A DNA stretch of 63,996 bases, filler included, from Octopus bimaculoides (GCF_001194135.2; 7 parts of 4 records of this genome joined end to end with filler, not necessarily neighbours in it), one strand, 5' to 3'; shown: positions 12,732 through 27,114, numbered from the whole stretch's first letter. Program-made: numbers and translations. The notes: generated from the sequence alone by a model not told the origin.

Positions 12732-13284
12732 ATATAGGTACGTGTATACAAGGTGTATACCTATCCATATGCAATCAGCACACTGACTATATATCCCGTC
12801 AACTTCTATACACAAGATATTAACATCTATTAATATAATACCTACATACTGTGACTATATATCTAGTCAGCAGCTTTATACAATGTTTATCTATGCGTCT
12901 AGCATCTGCATACACTGTCTGTATATGCAGTCAGCATCTAATATACGTGCCCTCTTCTCTGCAGTAAATGTATTACGCTACTTGTATATAAGACAAAAGA
13001 CAATTCCTGGAAACCACTCTCATTCACTCAAACTTGATAACATTTTCGAGAAAATTACGTCCTGTCACAACACTTCTGAGATAGGAAGTTTATGAGCGGA
13101 TGTGGGGAATGGTGTGGTGCTTTGGTAGCAAATCATTGCCCTAGTTTTTATCCAGTATAATTAATTATGACTGGGCTGCAACAAAATAAGATTTTAATTA
13201 AGGAGACACAGACAATAGATAGAGCAGAACTGTATTTTATTGTTTTTGTTTTGTATTTCCTTTGTTTTGCATTTTACCAAGTGC

Positions 13285-13326
<42 letters not shown>

Positions 13327-13384
13327 GTATATATATATAANNNNNNNNNNNNNNNNNNNNNNNNNNNNNNNNNNNNNNNNNNNN

Positions 13385-13396
13385 TTAATTAATTAA
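13385..13396. other. Synthetic scaffold-join linker N44-TTAATTAATTAA-N44 (also 20589, 36367, 49013, 58370, 62756)
   Basis: Six identical 12-mers, each flanked by exactly 44 N on both sides (100 bp in total). The palindrome has TAA in all six frames. Confidence 0.95.
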
Positions 13397-14903
13397 NNNN
13401 NNNNNNNNNNNNNNNNNNNNNNNNNNNNNNNNNNNNNNNNCTCCCTCCCCCCTCTCTCTCCCCCTCTCCCTCCCCCTCTCCTCCTCTCTCTTGCTCTCCC
13501 TCTCTCCCTCACCCTCTCACTCACCCTTTCTCTCACAACCACCCTATCATTTGTCAGAGCCATACATATTTACTTTCTCTTTTGCTCTCCCCTCCGTTAT
13601 ACCTTGTATCCTCTCTCTCTCTCTTATATTCTCTCTCTTATATTCTCTCTCCCTCTCTATTTCTCCCTCGATTATTTCCTCTCTCTGTCACTCTTTCTGC
13701 TTCGCATAACACTTTTAAACAATCCACCTGTCTCTGTTTTCGATTTGATTACCTGTATATCAGGTGTTCCCATTATGGACATCAATTGCATGTGTACTTA
13801 CGCTTACACACATTCACATAATTACATATACATACATACATACATACACACATACATACATACATACATACATACAAACAAATATATATATATATTTTTT
13901 TTATATTTATACCGTATATAATATATAGATATAGTAGCTCGTATCTTCATACAGTCTCCATCAAATTACACTATATATGTATGCATATATATATATATGC
14001 CTAGATCTATAACTAGTTGTATTTATGTCTATATATTGTTTATATATCATATACATATATATTATTCATTGCATATATATATATTTATATATATATATAT
14101 ATATNNNNNNNNNNNNNNNNNNNNNNNNNNNNNNNNNNNNNNNNNNNNNNNNNNNNNNNNNNNNNNNNNNNNNNNNNNNNNNNNNNNNNNNNNNNNNNNN
14201 NNNNNNNNNNNNNNNNNNNNNNNNNNNNNNNNNNNNNNNNNNNNNNNNNNNNNNNNNNNNNNNNNNNNNNNNNNNNTATAAATGCGAGTGTATATTTGTG
14301 TGTGTTTTTATGTATACATGCTTGTTTTGCTGTTTGTTGCTATTTATTTCTACATCTATTAGTATCTTGCTAACATTTCCTCTTCAGTTCGTTTCACCCT
14401 TTGTTCACCCATTCACTATTTACGTACGTGCGCCTGTGAAAAAAACGGTTCAAGTTTGCGTGAAACACGTGAAAAACTCAATAAATTTGTATTCCTTTAT
14501 TTACTTCTTTATTTACACATTTAATTGTTTATTTTCTTTGTTTCTTCGCTTTCCTAATCATTTTTATTGACTTCGATCTAATAACTTTTAATATTACATA
14601 TGCAGCGTGTTTGCTTAATTTTGGTGTTTTCGTAGTTTCGTATTTTGGTAATTTCTCTCTTTTACCGCTGCTATCGGCCGCTCTTTGCTGTCGCCGCTTT
14701 GTAGCGCTTGCGAGTCAAATGTTATATATCAACAGACAAAAGGAGATATAGCAATCGCATGTACATACATACATACGTACATACATACATACATACATAC
14801 ATACATACATACGTACTTACGTATATACTCCATATACTTATAAATTCCATGTACTCGTATATGAGCGTGTTATATACTTCTGTTGCCTTTTCCAACTTTA
14901 TTT

Positions 14904-15362
14904 GCAGGCGTGGCTGTGTGGTATGAAGCTTGTTTCCCAACCACATGGTTCCGGGTTCAGTCCCACTGCGTGGTACTTTGGGCAAGTGTCTTCTGCAGAC
15001 CAAAGCCTTGAGAGTGGATTTGTTAGACGGAAACTGAAAGAAGCCTGTCGTATATATATATATATATATATATGTATATGTATGTATATANNNNNNNNNN
15101 TTAGACGGAAACTGAAAGAAGCCTGTCGTATATATATATATATATATATATGTATATGTATGTATATATTTGTGTGTCTGTGTTTGTACCCCACCACTAT
15201 CACTTGACAACCGATGCTGGTGCGTTTACGTCCGCAAAATAAGAAATCAGTAGAATAAGAACTAGGTTTACAACGAATAAGTTCTAGGTCGATTTGTTCG
15301 ACCGAAGGTGGTGCTCCTGTATGCCGCAGTCAAATGACTGCAGCAAGTAAAAGAATAAACGA
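14904..15362 (+). mobile_element. SINE family B with internal (TA)n
   Basis: GCAGGCGTGGCTGTGTGG head, GGGTTCAGTCCCACTGCG, TTGGGCAAGTGTCTT and GCCGCAGTCAAATGACTG tail. Confidence 0.88.
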
Positions 15363-16016
15363 ATAAAGGAATATATATATATATATATATATTTGAAAGT
15401 TTATCAGAATTACTTAATAGTTTTGAAGAGTAAAAGTGATTTGAAAAAAAAAACAATTAAAAAATGTTATAAAATCTTCTATCAGGATGTTACTAAACTT
15501 TTTTGTGGAAGAAACCTTTTCCTAGTGTGTGAGCGTTTTCGATACACATACACACACACATACACACACAGAGACACAGACACAGACACAGAGTTTGCGT
15601 AACGTATGATAGGAAATGTATCCATTACGTTATTCCTTCCCTAGTAAAAATATTTTAAAATAATGGATGCATTTCCGATGATGTATTACGCACACCTGAA
15701 GCGTACATATTAAATGATTCGAGAATATCACTATTTGGTTTGACTTCATTATTAAGACTTATACGATTCGATGCCAGTACAAACTGTCCAGTCCAGACTC
15801 CACTTACGCGGATACAAGGATTGGGCGTAGTTTGTTATATTCGATTTACGCAGGATTGCACCTAAGGACTTATGCACTTATATCCACAACATCGGAAAGT
15901 TGACTTATGAACTATTATGCTTCTTTTTTCCTCTCTCTCTTCCTCTCCTTATTCTTTTACTCCTGTCCTCTATGTCGTCATTTCATTAATCTATACCTTT
16001 CTCATTTTCCCTAATT

Positions 16017-16072
16017 GTCTCCGATGACGGAATATACCATACTCTGGGATATCCCAGAAACAGCTGTAAGAC
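16017..16072 (+). ncRNA. Hammerhead-like motif with CCGAUGA core variant
   Basis: GTCT-CCGATGA-(C)GGAATAT...ATATCCC(A)-GAAA-CAGCTG-T-A-AGAC. 4-bp stem I, palindromic stem III ACAGCTGT, U4 replaced by C. Confidence 0.45.
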
Positions 16073-16604
16073 TTTGAATTTTTCCAATAGTAATACTGTA
16101 TATGACTTGAGTTGTTTGCCTTGCCTTATCGTTTGTTGTCCTCTTTAACAATTATATATCCACTGCATCGGAAATCTACAATAGTTCCATAACTACCGTC
16201 TCGGCTATAACCTTGGAGCCATAGTAATCCGTTACNNNNNNNNNNNNNNNNNNNNNNNNNNNNNNNNNNNNNNNNNNNNNNNNNNNNNNNNNNNNNNNNN
16301 NNNNNNNNNNNNNNNNNNNNNNNNNNNNNNNNNNNNNNNNNNNNNNNNNNNNNNNNNNNNNNNNNNNNNNNNNNNNNNNNNNNNNNNNNNNNNNNNNNNN
16401 NNNNNNNNNNNNNNNNNNNNNNNNNNNNNNNNNNNNNNNNNNNNNNNNNNNNNNNNNNNNNNNNNNNNNNNNNNNNNNNNNNNNNNNNNNNNNNNNNNNN
16501 NNNNNNNNNNNNNNNNNNNNNNNNNNNNNNNNNNNNNNNNNNNNNNNNNNNNNNNNNNNNNNNNNNNNNNNNNNNNNNNNNNNNNNNNNNNNNNNNNNNN
16601 NNNN

Positions 16605-16654
<50 letters not shown>

Positions 16655-16961
16655 TATATTATATATTATTTACTCTCTCTCTCTATATATATGTGCATAT
16701 ATATTTGTTTGTATGTCTGAATAGATACATAGGTACATAGATAAATCTGGAGGTAGACAGTTGGATGGATACGTATGTATAAAAGTTTATGTATGTATCT
16801 AACACGTTCTGAAGTGTGTCTTCTTTAACACTGAAAAAGTACATTTTGTTGATGTATTTAAAGTACAGGCCAAGTTCTGGGTCGACGTAATCGATTAACC
16901 CCTTACCTCACCAATTTTGCTGGTCTTGTGCCAAAAATTGATATCATTATCAAAGTGGTAA

Positions 16962-17635
16962 GCTGGCAGAGTCATTAGAACGCCAGAGAAAAATGGCCCG
17001 CAACATTTCTTCTGGCTTTGAGTTTAAATTCCGTCGAGGTGGACTTTTGTCCCTTTCAGGGTCGATAAAATAAGTACCAGTTGAGTACTGGGGTCAATTT
17101 AATCAGCTAGTTCTTACCCACAAAACTTCAGGCCTCGTGCTTTTAGTGGATAGTAATATTATTATTAATATGTCCTGTTGGCAGAAACGTTAGCAAGTCG
17201 GATAAAATGCTTAGTGTCATTTCTTCCGGCTCTTTACATTGTGAGTTCAGATTCCACCGAGGTCGAATGAAGTATCAGTTGAACACACTTGTCGATGTAA
17301 TTCACTTACACAACCTTCTAAAATTGCTGGCCTTGTGTCAAAATTTGAAAGTATTATATTTTCATTAGTATTAGTAGTCGTGGTATTATTAGTAGAAGCA
17401 GTTGTAGTAGTGCGTTGAGCTGGCAGGATTGTTAGCACGCCGGGCGAAATGCTTAGCGGTATTCCGTCTACTGTTAGGTTCTGAGATCAAATTCCGCCGA
17501 GGTCGAATTTGCCTTTCATCCTTTTGGAGTTGATTAATTAAGTACCAGTTACGCACGGAGGTCGACTTAATCACTTTGTCTGTCCTTGTTTGTCCACTCT
17601 ATGTTTAGCCCCTTGTGGGCAATAAAGAAATAAAT
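16962..17635 (+). mobile_element. Three tandem SINE family A copies (16962-17150, 17178-17345, 17415-17635)
   Basis: Three repeats of the AGCTGGCAGA/TTAGCA/AAATTCC/GAGGTCG module, increasingly intact toward the 3' side. Confidence 0.75.
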
Positions 17636-17837
17636 AGAAGTAGTAGTAGTTAGTTATCGTTAAGACTACTAATCCACCAATAATCTCAATTGGAGGAATT
17701 TAATTCTTTTTTCATGATTGCATTTCAGAGGTGGGGAGGGGAGTTTATATGAGTGTTTTCTTTTTAAAAATAAAACATTGCTTTTGTTCTTTTTGATTTA
17801 CTGAAGTACAGACCTCAATACTCTTTTTCCGTTTCTC

Positions 17838-17874
<37 letters not shown>

Positions 17875-18392
17875 ATATATATATATATATATATNNNNNN
17901 NNNNNNNNNNNNNNNNNNNNNNNNNNNNNNNNNNNNNNNNNNNNNNNNNNNNNNNNNNNNNNNNNNNNNNNNNNNNNNNNNNNNNNNNNNNNNNNNNNNN
18001 NNNNNNNNNNNNNNNNNNNNNNNNNNNNNNNNNNNNNNNNNNNNNNNNNNNNNNNNNNNNNNNNNNNNNNNNNNNNNNNNNNNNNNNNNNNNNNNNNNNN
18101 NNNNNNNNNNNNNNNNNNNNNNNNNNNNNNNNNNNNNNNNNNNNNNNNNNNNNNNNNNNNNNNNNNNNNNNNNNNNNNNNNNNNNNNNNNNNNNNNNNNN
18201 NNNNNNNNNNNNNNNNNNNNNNNNNNNNNNNNNNNNNNNNNNNNNNNNNNNNNNNNNNNNNNNNNNNNNNNNNNNNNNNNNNNNNNNNNNNNNNNNNNNN
18301 NNNNNNNNNNNNNNNNNNNNNNNNNNNNNNNNNNNNNNNNNNNNNNNNNNNNNNNNNNNNNNNNNNNNNNNNNNNNNNNNNNNNNNTATATA

Positions 18393-18423
<31 letters not shown>

Positions 18424-18962
18424 TTATATATATATACATATATATATATGTATATATATACATACATATATATAGATATAAGACAATTATGTATGTGTGT
18501 TTATATATATGTATATATATCAAGTAGCTAGCGTAAGACAATTACAATTACAAAGATTATTATATCTGCATATCTTTTGTTTCTACAGCCAGTTATACAA
18601 CATGCATAATTTAAATGTGTCCGACGCACGTTTCTGCTGTATAGACATCTCGCAATTGCATTTTCTCCCACTTATATTCATCTCGTCAGTAGTCTATGCA
18701 GAAACATTGAAATAAAAATGTGTCAGGCGTATAAATCTCCGTATTCATTGTAATTGTCTTGGATATACGCGCGGTAGACTATTTATAATTCTGCAGAACA
18801 AACAGAAGGATTTGCCCATCACATGCGAGACAATGGGATTGCCTTCTTCAAGTAATATTAGGTGTTTCTTACCACTCAATGCGCTTAGTCACAGCTTTGA
18901 TTATAACAGGGTGCTCGAACGGTACCCGCTTGGATACTTTATCCCCATCTATTCAGCACCCA

Positions 18963-19004
<42 letters not shown>

Positions 19005-19913
19005 CTCACACACGCATACACGCTCACACTCACACACACAAAAACACACACACACACACACACACTCACACACACACACACACTCCCTCGCACACACACA
19101 CACACGCATATATATATATATTGAAAAGGTGTGATAAGAAGAGCAAAATTCATGGAAATTTTATATTGGACAAAATACGCACGTACATACATAATACATA
19201 CANNNNNNNNNNNNNNNNNNNNNNNNNNNNNNNNNNNNNNNNNNNNNNNNNNNNNNNNNNNNNNNNNNNNNNNNNNNNNNNNNNNNNNNNNNNNNNNNNN
19301 NNNNNNNNNNNNNNNNNNNNNNNNNNNNNNNNNNNNNNNNNNNNNNNNNNNNNNNNNNNNNNNNNNNNNNNNNNNNNNNNNNNNNNNNNNNNNNNNNNNN
19401 NNNNNNNNNNNNNNNNNNNNNNNNNNNNNNNNNNNNNNNNNNNNNNNNNNNNNNNNNNNNNNNNNNNNNNNNNNNNNNNNNNNNNNNNNNNNNNNNNNNN
19501 NNNNNNNNNNNNNNNNNNNNNNNNNNNNNNNNNNNNNNNNNNNNNNNNNNNNNNNNNNNNNNNNNNNNNNNNNNNNNNNNNNNNNNNNNNNNNNNNNNNN
19601 NNNNNNNNNNNNNNNNNNNNNNNNNNNNNNNNNNNNNNNNNNNNNNNNNNNNNNNNNNNNNNNNNNNNNNNNNNNNNNNNNNNNNNNNNNNNNNNNNNNN
19701 NNNNNNNNNNNNNNNNNNNNNNNNNNNNNNNNNNNNNNNNNNNNNNNNNNNNNNNNNNNNNNNNNNNNNNNNNNNNNNNNNNNNNNNNNNNNNNNNNNNN
19801 NNNNNNNNNNNNNNNNNNNNNNNNNNNNNNNNNNNNNNNNNNNNNNNNNNNNNNNNNNNNNNNNNNNNNNNNNNNNNNNNNNNNNNNNNNNNTGTGTGTG
19901 TGTGTGTGTGTGA

Positions 19914-19952
<39 letters not shown>

Positions 19953-20472
19953 ACTGTTCCTTTATAAGTTTGCTTAATAAAAGATGTACTCCACCCAGTG
20001 AGAGATAAATATCATTTAATGTACACAATAATAAAATAAGAGCTACTAATAGTTTCATTCTATACAAACACGATAATTCGGCAGATTTATTTAACGTGCG
20101 TCGTGTCTCCAAGCAATCTTTCAATATGTTTGTGTTTGTGTGTGAATTTGTATGTGTGTCTATGCATCTACGAGTTGCGTTCAAAAAGAATCCGACTTTA
20201 TTTTTTCCCACCAAAACTAATGCCGCGTGAAGAAAATCCTTTGAGTAGAAGGTTCCCGGTTGTTATGCCTAATGTACAGATGTCTAGTGCAGGTACGTCC
20301 TATTTTCGTTTTTATGCAAGATGAAAGAACGCATCGAACAGTGACCATAAACCCATATCTTATCATCGATAATGATGGTCATTATGAAGTCTGGGTCACG
20401 ACCTGGACAGTCTACCATGTCTTAAGTGAGTTGAATTTGCTACGTCATTATCATCATCGTCATCATCATTAT

Positions 20473-20503
<31 letters not shown>

Positions 20504-23084
20504 AGCAGCACCACCACCACCACCACCACCACCACCGCCACCAGNNNNNNNNNNNNNNNNNNNNNNNNNNNNNNNNNNNNNNNNNNNNTTAATTAATTAA
20601 NNNNNNNNNNNNNNNNNNNNNNNNNNNNNNNNNNNNNNNNNNNNATAGCTATAATTGATTACTTGAATGTAATAAATACAAAGCATACAATTATACCTAT
20701 ACGACAAATGTTCCGGTGTGTGTGTAAAAGAGGTAAAAAAAATAATATATATGTGAAAGTATCTTCACTAAGTGGGTCAGCAGACCATTGCCTGCAGTAT
20801 TGTCGAGTGTGGTAGACTTTCAGCGTTGGATAGTCGTCAGGTACGGAAATGATAAGTCCCAGACCTCGGACAAAGCTAGGCTCATACTCAATCGCTCAAG
20901 TCACATTTACTCCTCTGTTCATGATCTCCATATAAGGATGCAAGTTTGAACATACGTCTTATACCATAGAGTCGATACGATCAATAAATTGCTTTTCTTC
21001 GCACTCCCCTCATCTCTCTCTTTCTTCCTGCTAATACACGCACACACAGACTTACACGGGCGCACACATACGCACCACACTAGATGTTATATGTATGTGT
21101 ATGTTTGTGTCTTTATGTTTATATGTGTTTGTCTACGTGTGTGTCTGTATATATGCATGTGTATGTGTGTTTGTGGGTGTATGTCTGTATATATTCATGT
21201 ATATTGTATGTATATTTAATATGAAGATTTCTTTCAGAAATTATATGAGTAAATGTTTCGTCCAATGACACGTAGCACAGAAGGTGATTTTATAACGACT
21301 GAAATGCTAGAGAGTTATAATATTTGATACATCATATTGGTGTGATTAAGCTATTGCGCTCAATATTATATCATTATTATTGTTTCACGCTTAAAATACT
21401 TCATCAGAAATGACGCATTTGAAGACAATGCCATATTTCTAACAAACTTGCAGTTTTCAATAGAAATATAGTATTTGATAACTCTTAACTTCATCTAGGA
21501 AGGAGCGTACAATATTAAGACCGAAATGTTAAACACTTCTTATTCACAACAGTAAACATATTCCACTTTGCCACCTATCATTACTTCTGTAAGATTATAA
21601 TGTTTTACTGCTCAGTATTTATATTCTAGCATAGTTAAAACGCTGATTCTTTTAGTTCTTTAATTTACATAATGTTTCCTTGGCAACGTCTCGTAATTTA
21701 TTGGATTAGAGCTGTACTTTCCAGCATTAGCAGATAACTCATTATCATCCACAATGAAGGTATGCCAAGTAAGTAGCTGAAAACCATATAGGGGACAAAA
21801 CGGTTGACAACCCTTCGTGCGTATGTTTTCATTATATATAAGCATACAAAATGTATATAAAAAAAACCCAACATAATGCGTTTAAAAAATAATATACTAA
21901 TATTTATAACTATATCAGAAAGTAGGGAAGATATAGCATGATGCAGGCGCTTACTAGCTTAAATATCCCAGAGCCGTCTGTCATTTCAAATGAGAAGATA
22001 AGACAGGTATTAATACAATAAATTAGGTAAGGTCTAAAAAGGAAAGAAATTTTCTGTTAGGAAAACATGATAAACATCTGTGACATTCAAAATAATTATA
22101 AAGTGAAATGGTAGCAGGCAGATGCAGGAAAATTCCACCCGTGCTATTTTTTTTTTTTTTCTAATTGCACATAGTTATGTCAAGTAATTTAAATAACTGA
22201 ATGGAATTAGACATCCAGTCGGACAGATATAAATATACTTCACTTCCTTTCCCCCACCTCTCTTNNNNNNNNNNNNNNNNNNNNNNNNNNNNNNNNNNNN
22301 NNNNNNNNNNNNNNNNNNNNNNNNNNNNNNNNNNNNNNNNNNNNNNNNNNNNNNNNNNNNNNNNNNNNNNNNNNNNNNNNNNNNNNNNNNNNNNNNNNNN
22401 NNNNNNNNNNNNNNNNNNNNNNNNNNNNNNNNNNNNNNNNNNNNNNNNNNNNNNNNNNNNNNNNNNNNNNNNNNNNNNNNNNNNNNNNNNNNNNNNNNNN
22501 NNNNNNNNNNNNNNNNNNNNNNNNNNNNNNNNNNNNNNNNNNNNNNNNNNNNNNNNNNNNNNNNNNNNNNNNNNNNNNNNNNNNNNNNNNNNNNNNNNNN
22601 NNNNNNNNNNNNNNNNNNNNNNNNNNNNNNNNNNNNNNNNNNNNNNNNNNNNNNNNNNNNNNNNNNNNNNNNNNNNNNNNNNNNNNNNNNNNNNNNNNNN
22701 NNNNNNNNNNNNNNNNNNNNNNNNNNNNNNNNNNNNNNNNNNNNNNNNNNNNNNNNNNNNNNNNNNNNNNNNNNNNNNNNNNNNNNNNNNNNNNNNNNNN
22801 NNNNNNNNNNNNNNNNNNNNNNNNNNNNNNNNNNNNNNNNNNNNNNNNNNNNNNNNNNNNNNNNNNNNNNNNNNNNNNNNNNNNNNNNNNNNNNNNNNNN
22901 NNNNNNNNNNNNNNNNNNNNNNNNNNNNNNNNNNNNNNNNNNNNNNNNNNNNNNNNNNNNNNNNNNNNNNNNNNNNNNNNNNNNNNNNNNNNNNNNNNNN
23001 NNNNNNNNNNNNNNNNNNNNNNNNNNNNNNNNNNNNNNNNNNNNNNNNNNNNNNNNNNNNNNNNNNNNNNNNNNNNNNNNNNNN

Positions 23085-23168
<84 letters not shown>

Positions 23169-23520
23169 ATGTCATGTTTGTTTTAGTATTTCGAATTCAC
23201 GAATCATTAAAGGTAAGTAGAATTAAATATATTTCAAAAATAAAGGATTCTGGGAGAACCACGGATTTGTTTTTAAACTTTTCCTTCAGACCTATGTCTA
23301 AATACTTAGCTTTTCAACACTCCATGCATTAAATATTTTGCCTCATCAGTTGTTCTGTCTGGCCTAAATAGCTCATCCTACTTATTTCTAACTTTCTACA
23401 TCGCATAACTTTCCAATATTCATTGTTATTATCCAAAACGTTCATATTACATGACCAGTCCAGTAAAATCTATTATAGTCACACGATTTTCTAATTAAAT
23501 TGAAAGTTATTGTCACACAA

Positions 23521-23587
23521 TCCTGGCTTCTTCTTTTTCTCGAATCCTGGCTATTACTTTTCTCGAATCCTGGCTATTACTTTTCTT
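23521..23587 (+). repeat. Short minisatellite (23-24 bp unit, ~2.7 copies)
   Basis: Repeated TCCTGGCTATTACTTTTCTCGAA. Confidence 0.8.
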
Positions 23588-24258
23588 GTCCATCCTTTCG
23601 ATAACTACAATTAAATACTTGCCAAGGTTCATTGTAATATTCTTCACGACACGGAATACTAATTATTTTCAAAGATCAGAGAAAACTACTTCAATACTCT
23701 AGTCTAATGAACTATCGTAAAACGCCAAAGTGATTCGTGTCTGTGTGTATATANNNNNNNNNNNNNNNNNNNNNNNNNNNNNNNNNNNNNNNNNNNNNNN
23801 NNNNNNNNNNNNNNNNNNNNNNNNNNNNNNNNNNNNNNNNNNNNNNNNNNNNNNNNNNNNNNNNNNNNNNNNNNNNNNNNNNNNNNNNNNNNNNNNNNNN
23901 NNNNNNNNNNNNNNNNNNNNNNNNNNNNNNNNNNNNNNNNNNNNNNNNNNNNNNNNNNNNNNNNNNNNNNNNNNNNNNNNNNNNNNNNNNNNNNNNNNNN
24001 NNNNNNNNNNNNNNNNNNNNNNNNNNNNNNNNNNNNNNNNNNNNNNNNNNNNNNNNNNNNNNNNNNNNNNNNNNNNNNNNNNNNNNNNNNNNNNNNNNNN
24101 NNNNNNNNNNNNNNNNNNNNNNNNNNNNNNNNNNNNNNNNNNNNNNNNNNNNNNNNNNNNNNNNNNNNNNNNNNNNNNNNNNNNNNNNNNNNNNNNNNNN
24201 NNNNNNNNNNNNNNNNNNNNNNNNNAAGAGAAGCGCAAAAACAAACCTACCTTTAGTT

Positions 24259-25200
24259 AATTGGGTACGACGTTTCACGGTTAAGGGTATGAAGTTACCC
24301 TATTCAGATCTTCAGCCTCAATATTCGAATAAATTTGAACGTGTCTAATAACTCATGTGAATTTTGACCATGCGACATCAAAACCACGTGAGGCAGGGAC
24401 TATTTGTGACACACATTTAAATAGATTCTTTGGAGTGAGGTGTTTTGAACTCACTAGCCGATAAATTTCTTAGTGCCACTGTGTATGTTTTATATTCTTA
24501 TGAGCCATCTACTTGCACTTTAGCACTATAAACAATTTCATTTTCAAGACCTTTACCGTCCAACGGACAGCAAGTCTTATCTTTAAAGCTGCAGTTCCTC
24601 AGATTAAATTCGGTACAGTTGTTGTTTGTAATAATTTTCGTATTATGCTGATTAATGAAAGGTGCGAAGTTTTTGCAACAAGAATAGCTAACCTTCGGCG
24701 TTCTTTTACTAAAAATTCTATAGAACGTATGGCTAGATTGAAAATATATAGAAACTAATGTTAAGAATTCCTACCTATATTAGTTTTTACGGCAATGGAT
24801 TAAACCACAAAACTTCTCTATTTCTAGCTCTACGTGGTTTATTATTGTTAGAATTAGCTTGACTATACTGGATCTTCTCCGAGAATCCACTTTTGAAATG
24901 TTATCTGATCTGAAGAAATTGATGAAATTCGCCTTTCTGCATTACTATCTAGTTTCTTAAGATTTACGGGTGGATGATTACAGTAGGGTGTAAATTTATC
25001 TAATTGCATATCTAAATTGATTTCTACAAAAATCTATGTTATTAAGGTTGCTTTCTATCTTAATCCGTAAGCCCATTTTTTCGGAAGAAAGTAATCAGAT
25101 TGTTCCTAAGTTTATCTAACTCGTGGCCGTTTAAATTATAGGTGACTATAAGACCGTCATCCCTCTATAATCCAGCATCTAAAAAAGCCAATTCTAGATA
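24259..25200 (-). mobile_element. Decayed Penelope-like retroelement (RT C-terminal half, Zn/GIY-YIG region, 3' hammerhead-like motif)
   Basis: Minus translation gives GL*RDDGLIV (YRDD-type motif, 25156-25167), LDKLRNNLITFF, KVSYSCCKNFAPFINQHN and CSFKDKTCCPLDGKGLENEIVYSAKV, all typical of Penelope ORFs. CTGAAGA (24309-24315) and GAAACGTC (24269-24276) follow. Stops and frameshifts are present. Confidence 0.8.
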
Positions 25201-27114
25201 CAGATTATGCAAAATATAAGTCCCTATAAGCATACACAACTATATANNNNNNNNNNNNNNNNNNNNNNNNNNNNNNNNNNNNNNNNNNNNNNNNNNNNNN
25301 NNNNNNNNNNNNNNNNNNNNNNNNNNNNNNNNNNNNNNNNNNNNNNNNNNNNNNNNNNNNNNNNNNNNNNNNNNNNNNNNNNNNNNNNNNNNNNNNNNNN
25401 NNNNNNNNNNNNNNNNNNNNNNNNNNNNNNNNNNNNNNNNNNNNNNNNNNNNNNNNNNNNNNNNNNNNNNNNNNNNNNNNNNNAGAGAAAATGAACGGCA
25501 GAGATTCCCCTTTAAACTTCTTTTCGCTCCAGTTAAACCTCGTGAAGCAGAAAGCATTGTTTTGTTTCGTGTGTCTTTTTCTTTGGCAATGTTCTATACG
25601 TAAGGAAGTACTGCAAGAATGCAGAATCACCCGTGGCAATATCACCTTCAAATATAAATGTGTACCGAAATGCACGGATATACATACATAAACCTCTTCA
25701 TATCAGCCCATGATGACCTCAAACCAGACTGAAATGCATATGCATATTTAAGTTGATTTTTTAAAAATATTCTTAATATTTTCTCATTTTCTCAGATATA
25801 TTTTATTTCTCTGTGTTTACAATTCTATTTCGTCTATTCGTATCTTTATTCTTTGTTTCATTAAATTCTGTGCAATATTGACGATGAGTTATCGACATTA
25901 GCCGTGTTGTTAAATATTGACAAAATTTTTGCATAAAAGAATATAATAAATGTCTGATAATGCATCTACGACAAAATAAATTGAATTAAAATCGAAATGG
26001 TTATTAGTAATTGTTTTTCTCTGTTTGTATTTTTACATTATGAATATTGATTTGATATTTCTAATTAAGGATAAAAACATAGGATTTTAGTCTTATGTTG
26101 CAGGCCATTTCAAGAAATATTCGATTACCTTTCAATTCCACTGCAGCCAGTGAAATATTTTTCCAAGCTTTACTAAGTTGTACTTTGTAGTTGCATCATA
26201 CTAAATATGAATGCCATGGTAAATGTATTGATTGTTTTTAGAAGGATATGTGTGTATGCTTATAAACATTGACGTGATCATTGCTAGTGTATATTCTGGT
26301 TCATTAAACGAATGACTATATACACTGACATCTTCATGTATTAACCTATACAAATTCAGTGTCTCGTGTTCGGAATGTTGTCCTAAATATTAAGACGTGA
26401 AATTTCCATCTTCATCTATTACATCTGTTGTAAAAATTAGAGAATTCAAAAGTCATATAATTTTGGTATTCAACTATTCATGCATGACATTTCGGTAATA
26501 TGTTTAGTTAACAGCTCCAGTCGCTATTATTTCCTATTTTGTCACTAAACTACGTTATTAGTTCAATTGGCTGAAGATATGGCACGCTGAAGATATGGTA
26601 CGATCTGGAATCCAAAGAAATTGTGAGTGATTTGCTGCAGCAAAACTTTTTCTATATGATGTATTAGATTTAATTTCCCGTGAGGAATGTAAAATCCAAA
26701 GTTTGTGAGACTCAGTATTTTCTTATTCGGAGAGAGAGAGTGAGAGAGGGAGTAGGAAAGAAAGAATGAAAGAGAGCGCGAAAGAAAGAGTGAGAGATAA
26801 AGAAAGGAAAAAAAAAACAAAGAAAGAAAGATAGATAGATAGAGAGAGAGAGAGAGAGTTATGTAGGGGATGCAACAGAGTATAGATATTTTATAATTCG
26901 AAGTGCAGGAAAAGAGAGGTGAAATAGAATTCTACAAAAGGACAGGGCGAACATAGTCTGTTTTACTTCCTATTAACGCCATCTATAAAAACTTCAGAGA
27001 TAACAAGGCAACGACAGTTAGTGTCTCTGTGAGGTAACTACATCTGCAGAAAAGAACAATCAAACCTTCCTCAAATTACGTCAATCAGTCTGAAATAGGG
27101 AAGTGCATATTGGA

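Noticed and set aside
13385-13396. Recurrent TTAATTAATTAA palindrome as a regulatory site or piggyBac footprint
   Set aside because: It is always centred in exactly 100 bp with 44 N on each side, so it is synthetic.
15023-15168. 68-bp direct repeat on both sides of a 10-N gap
   Set aside because: Identical sequence ending in a TA microsatellite next to a gap indicates an unmerged contig overlap, not a real tandem duplication.
20260-20592. ORF with poly-His/Gln run
   Set aside because: The run is a (CAT)/(CAG)/(CAC) microsatellite going into a gap. There is no domain or splice support.
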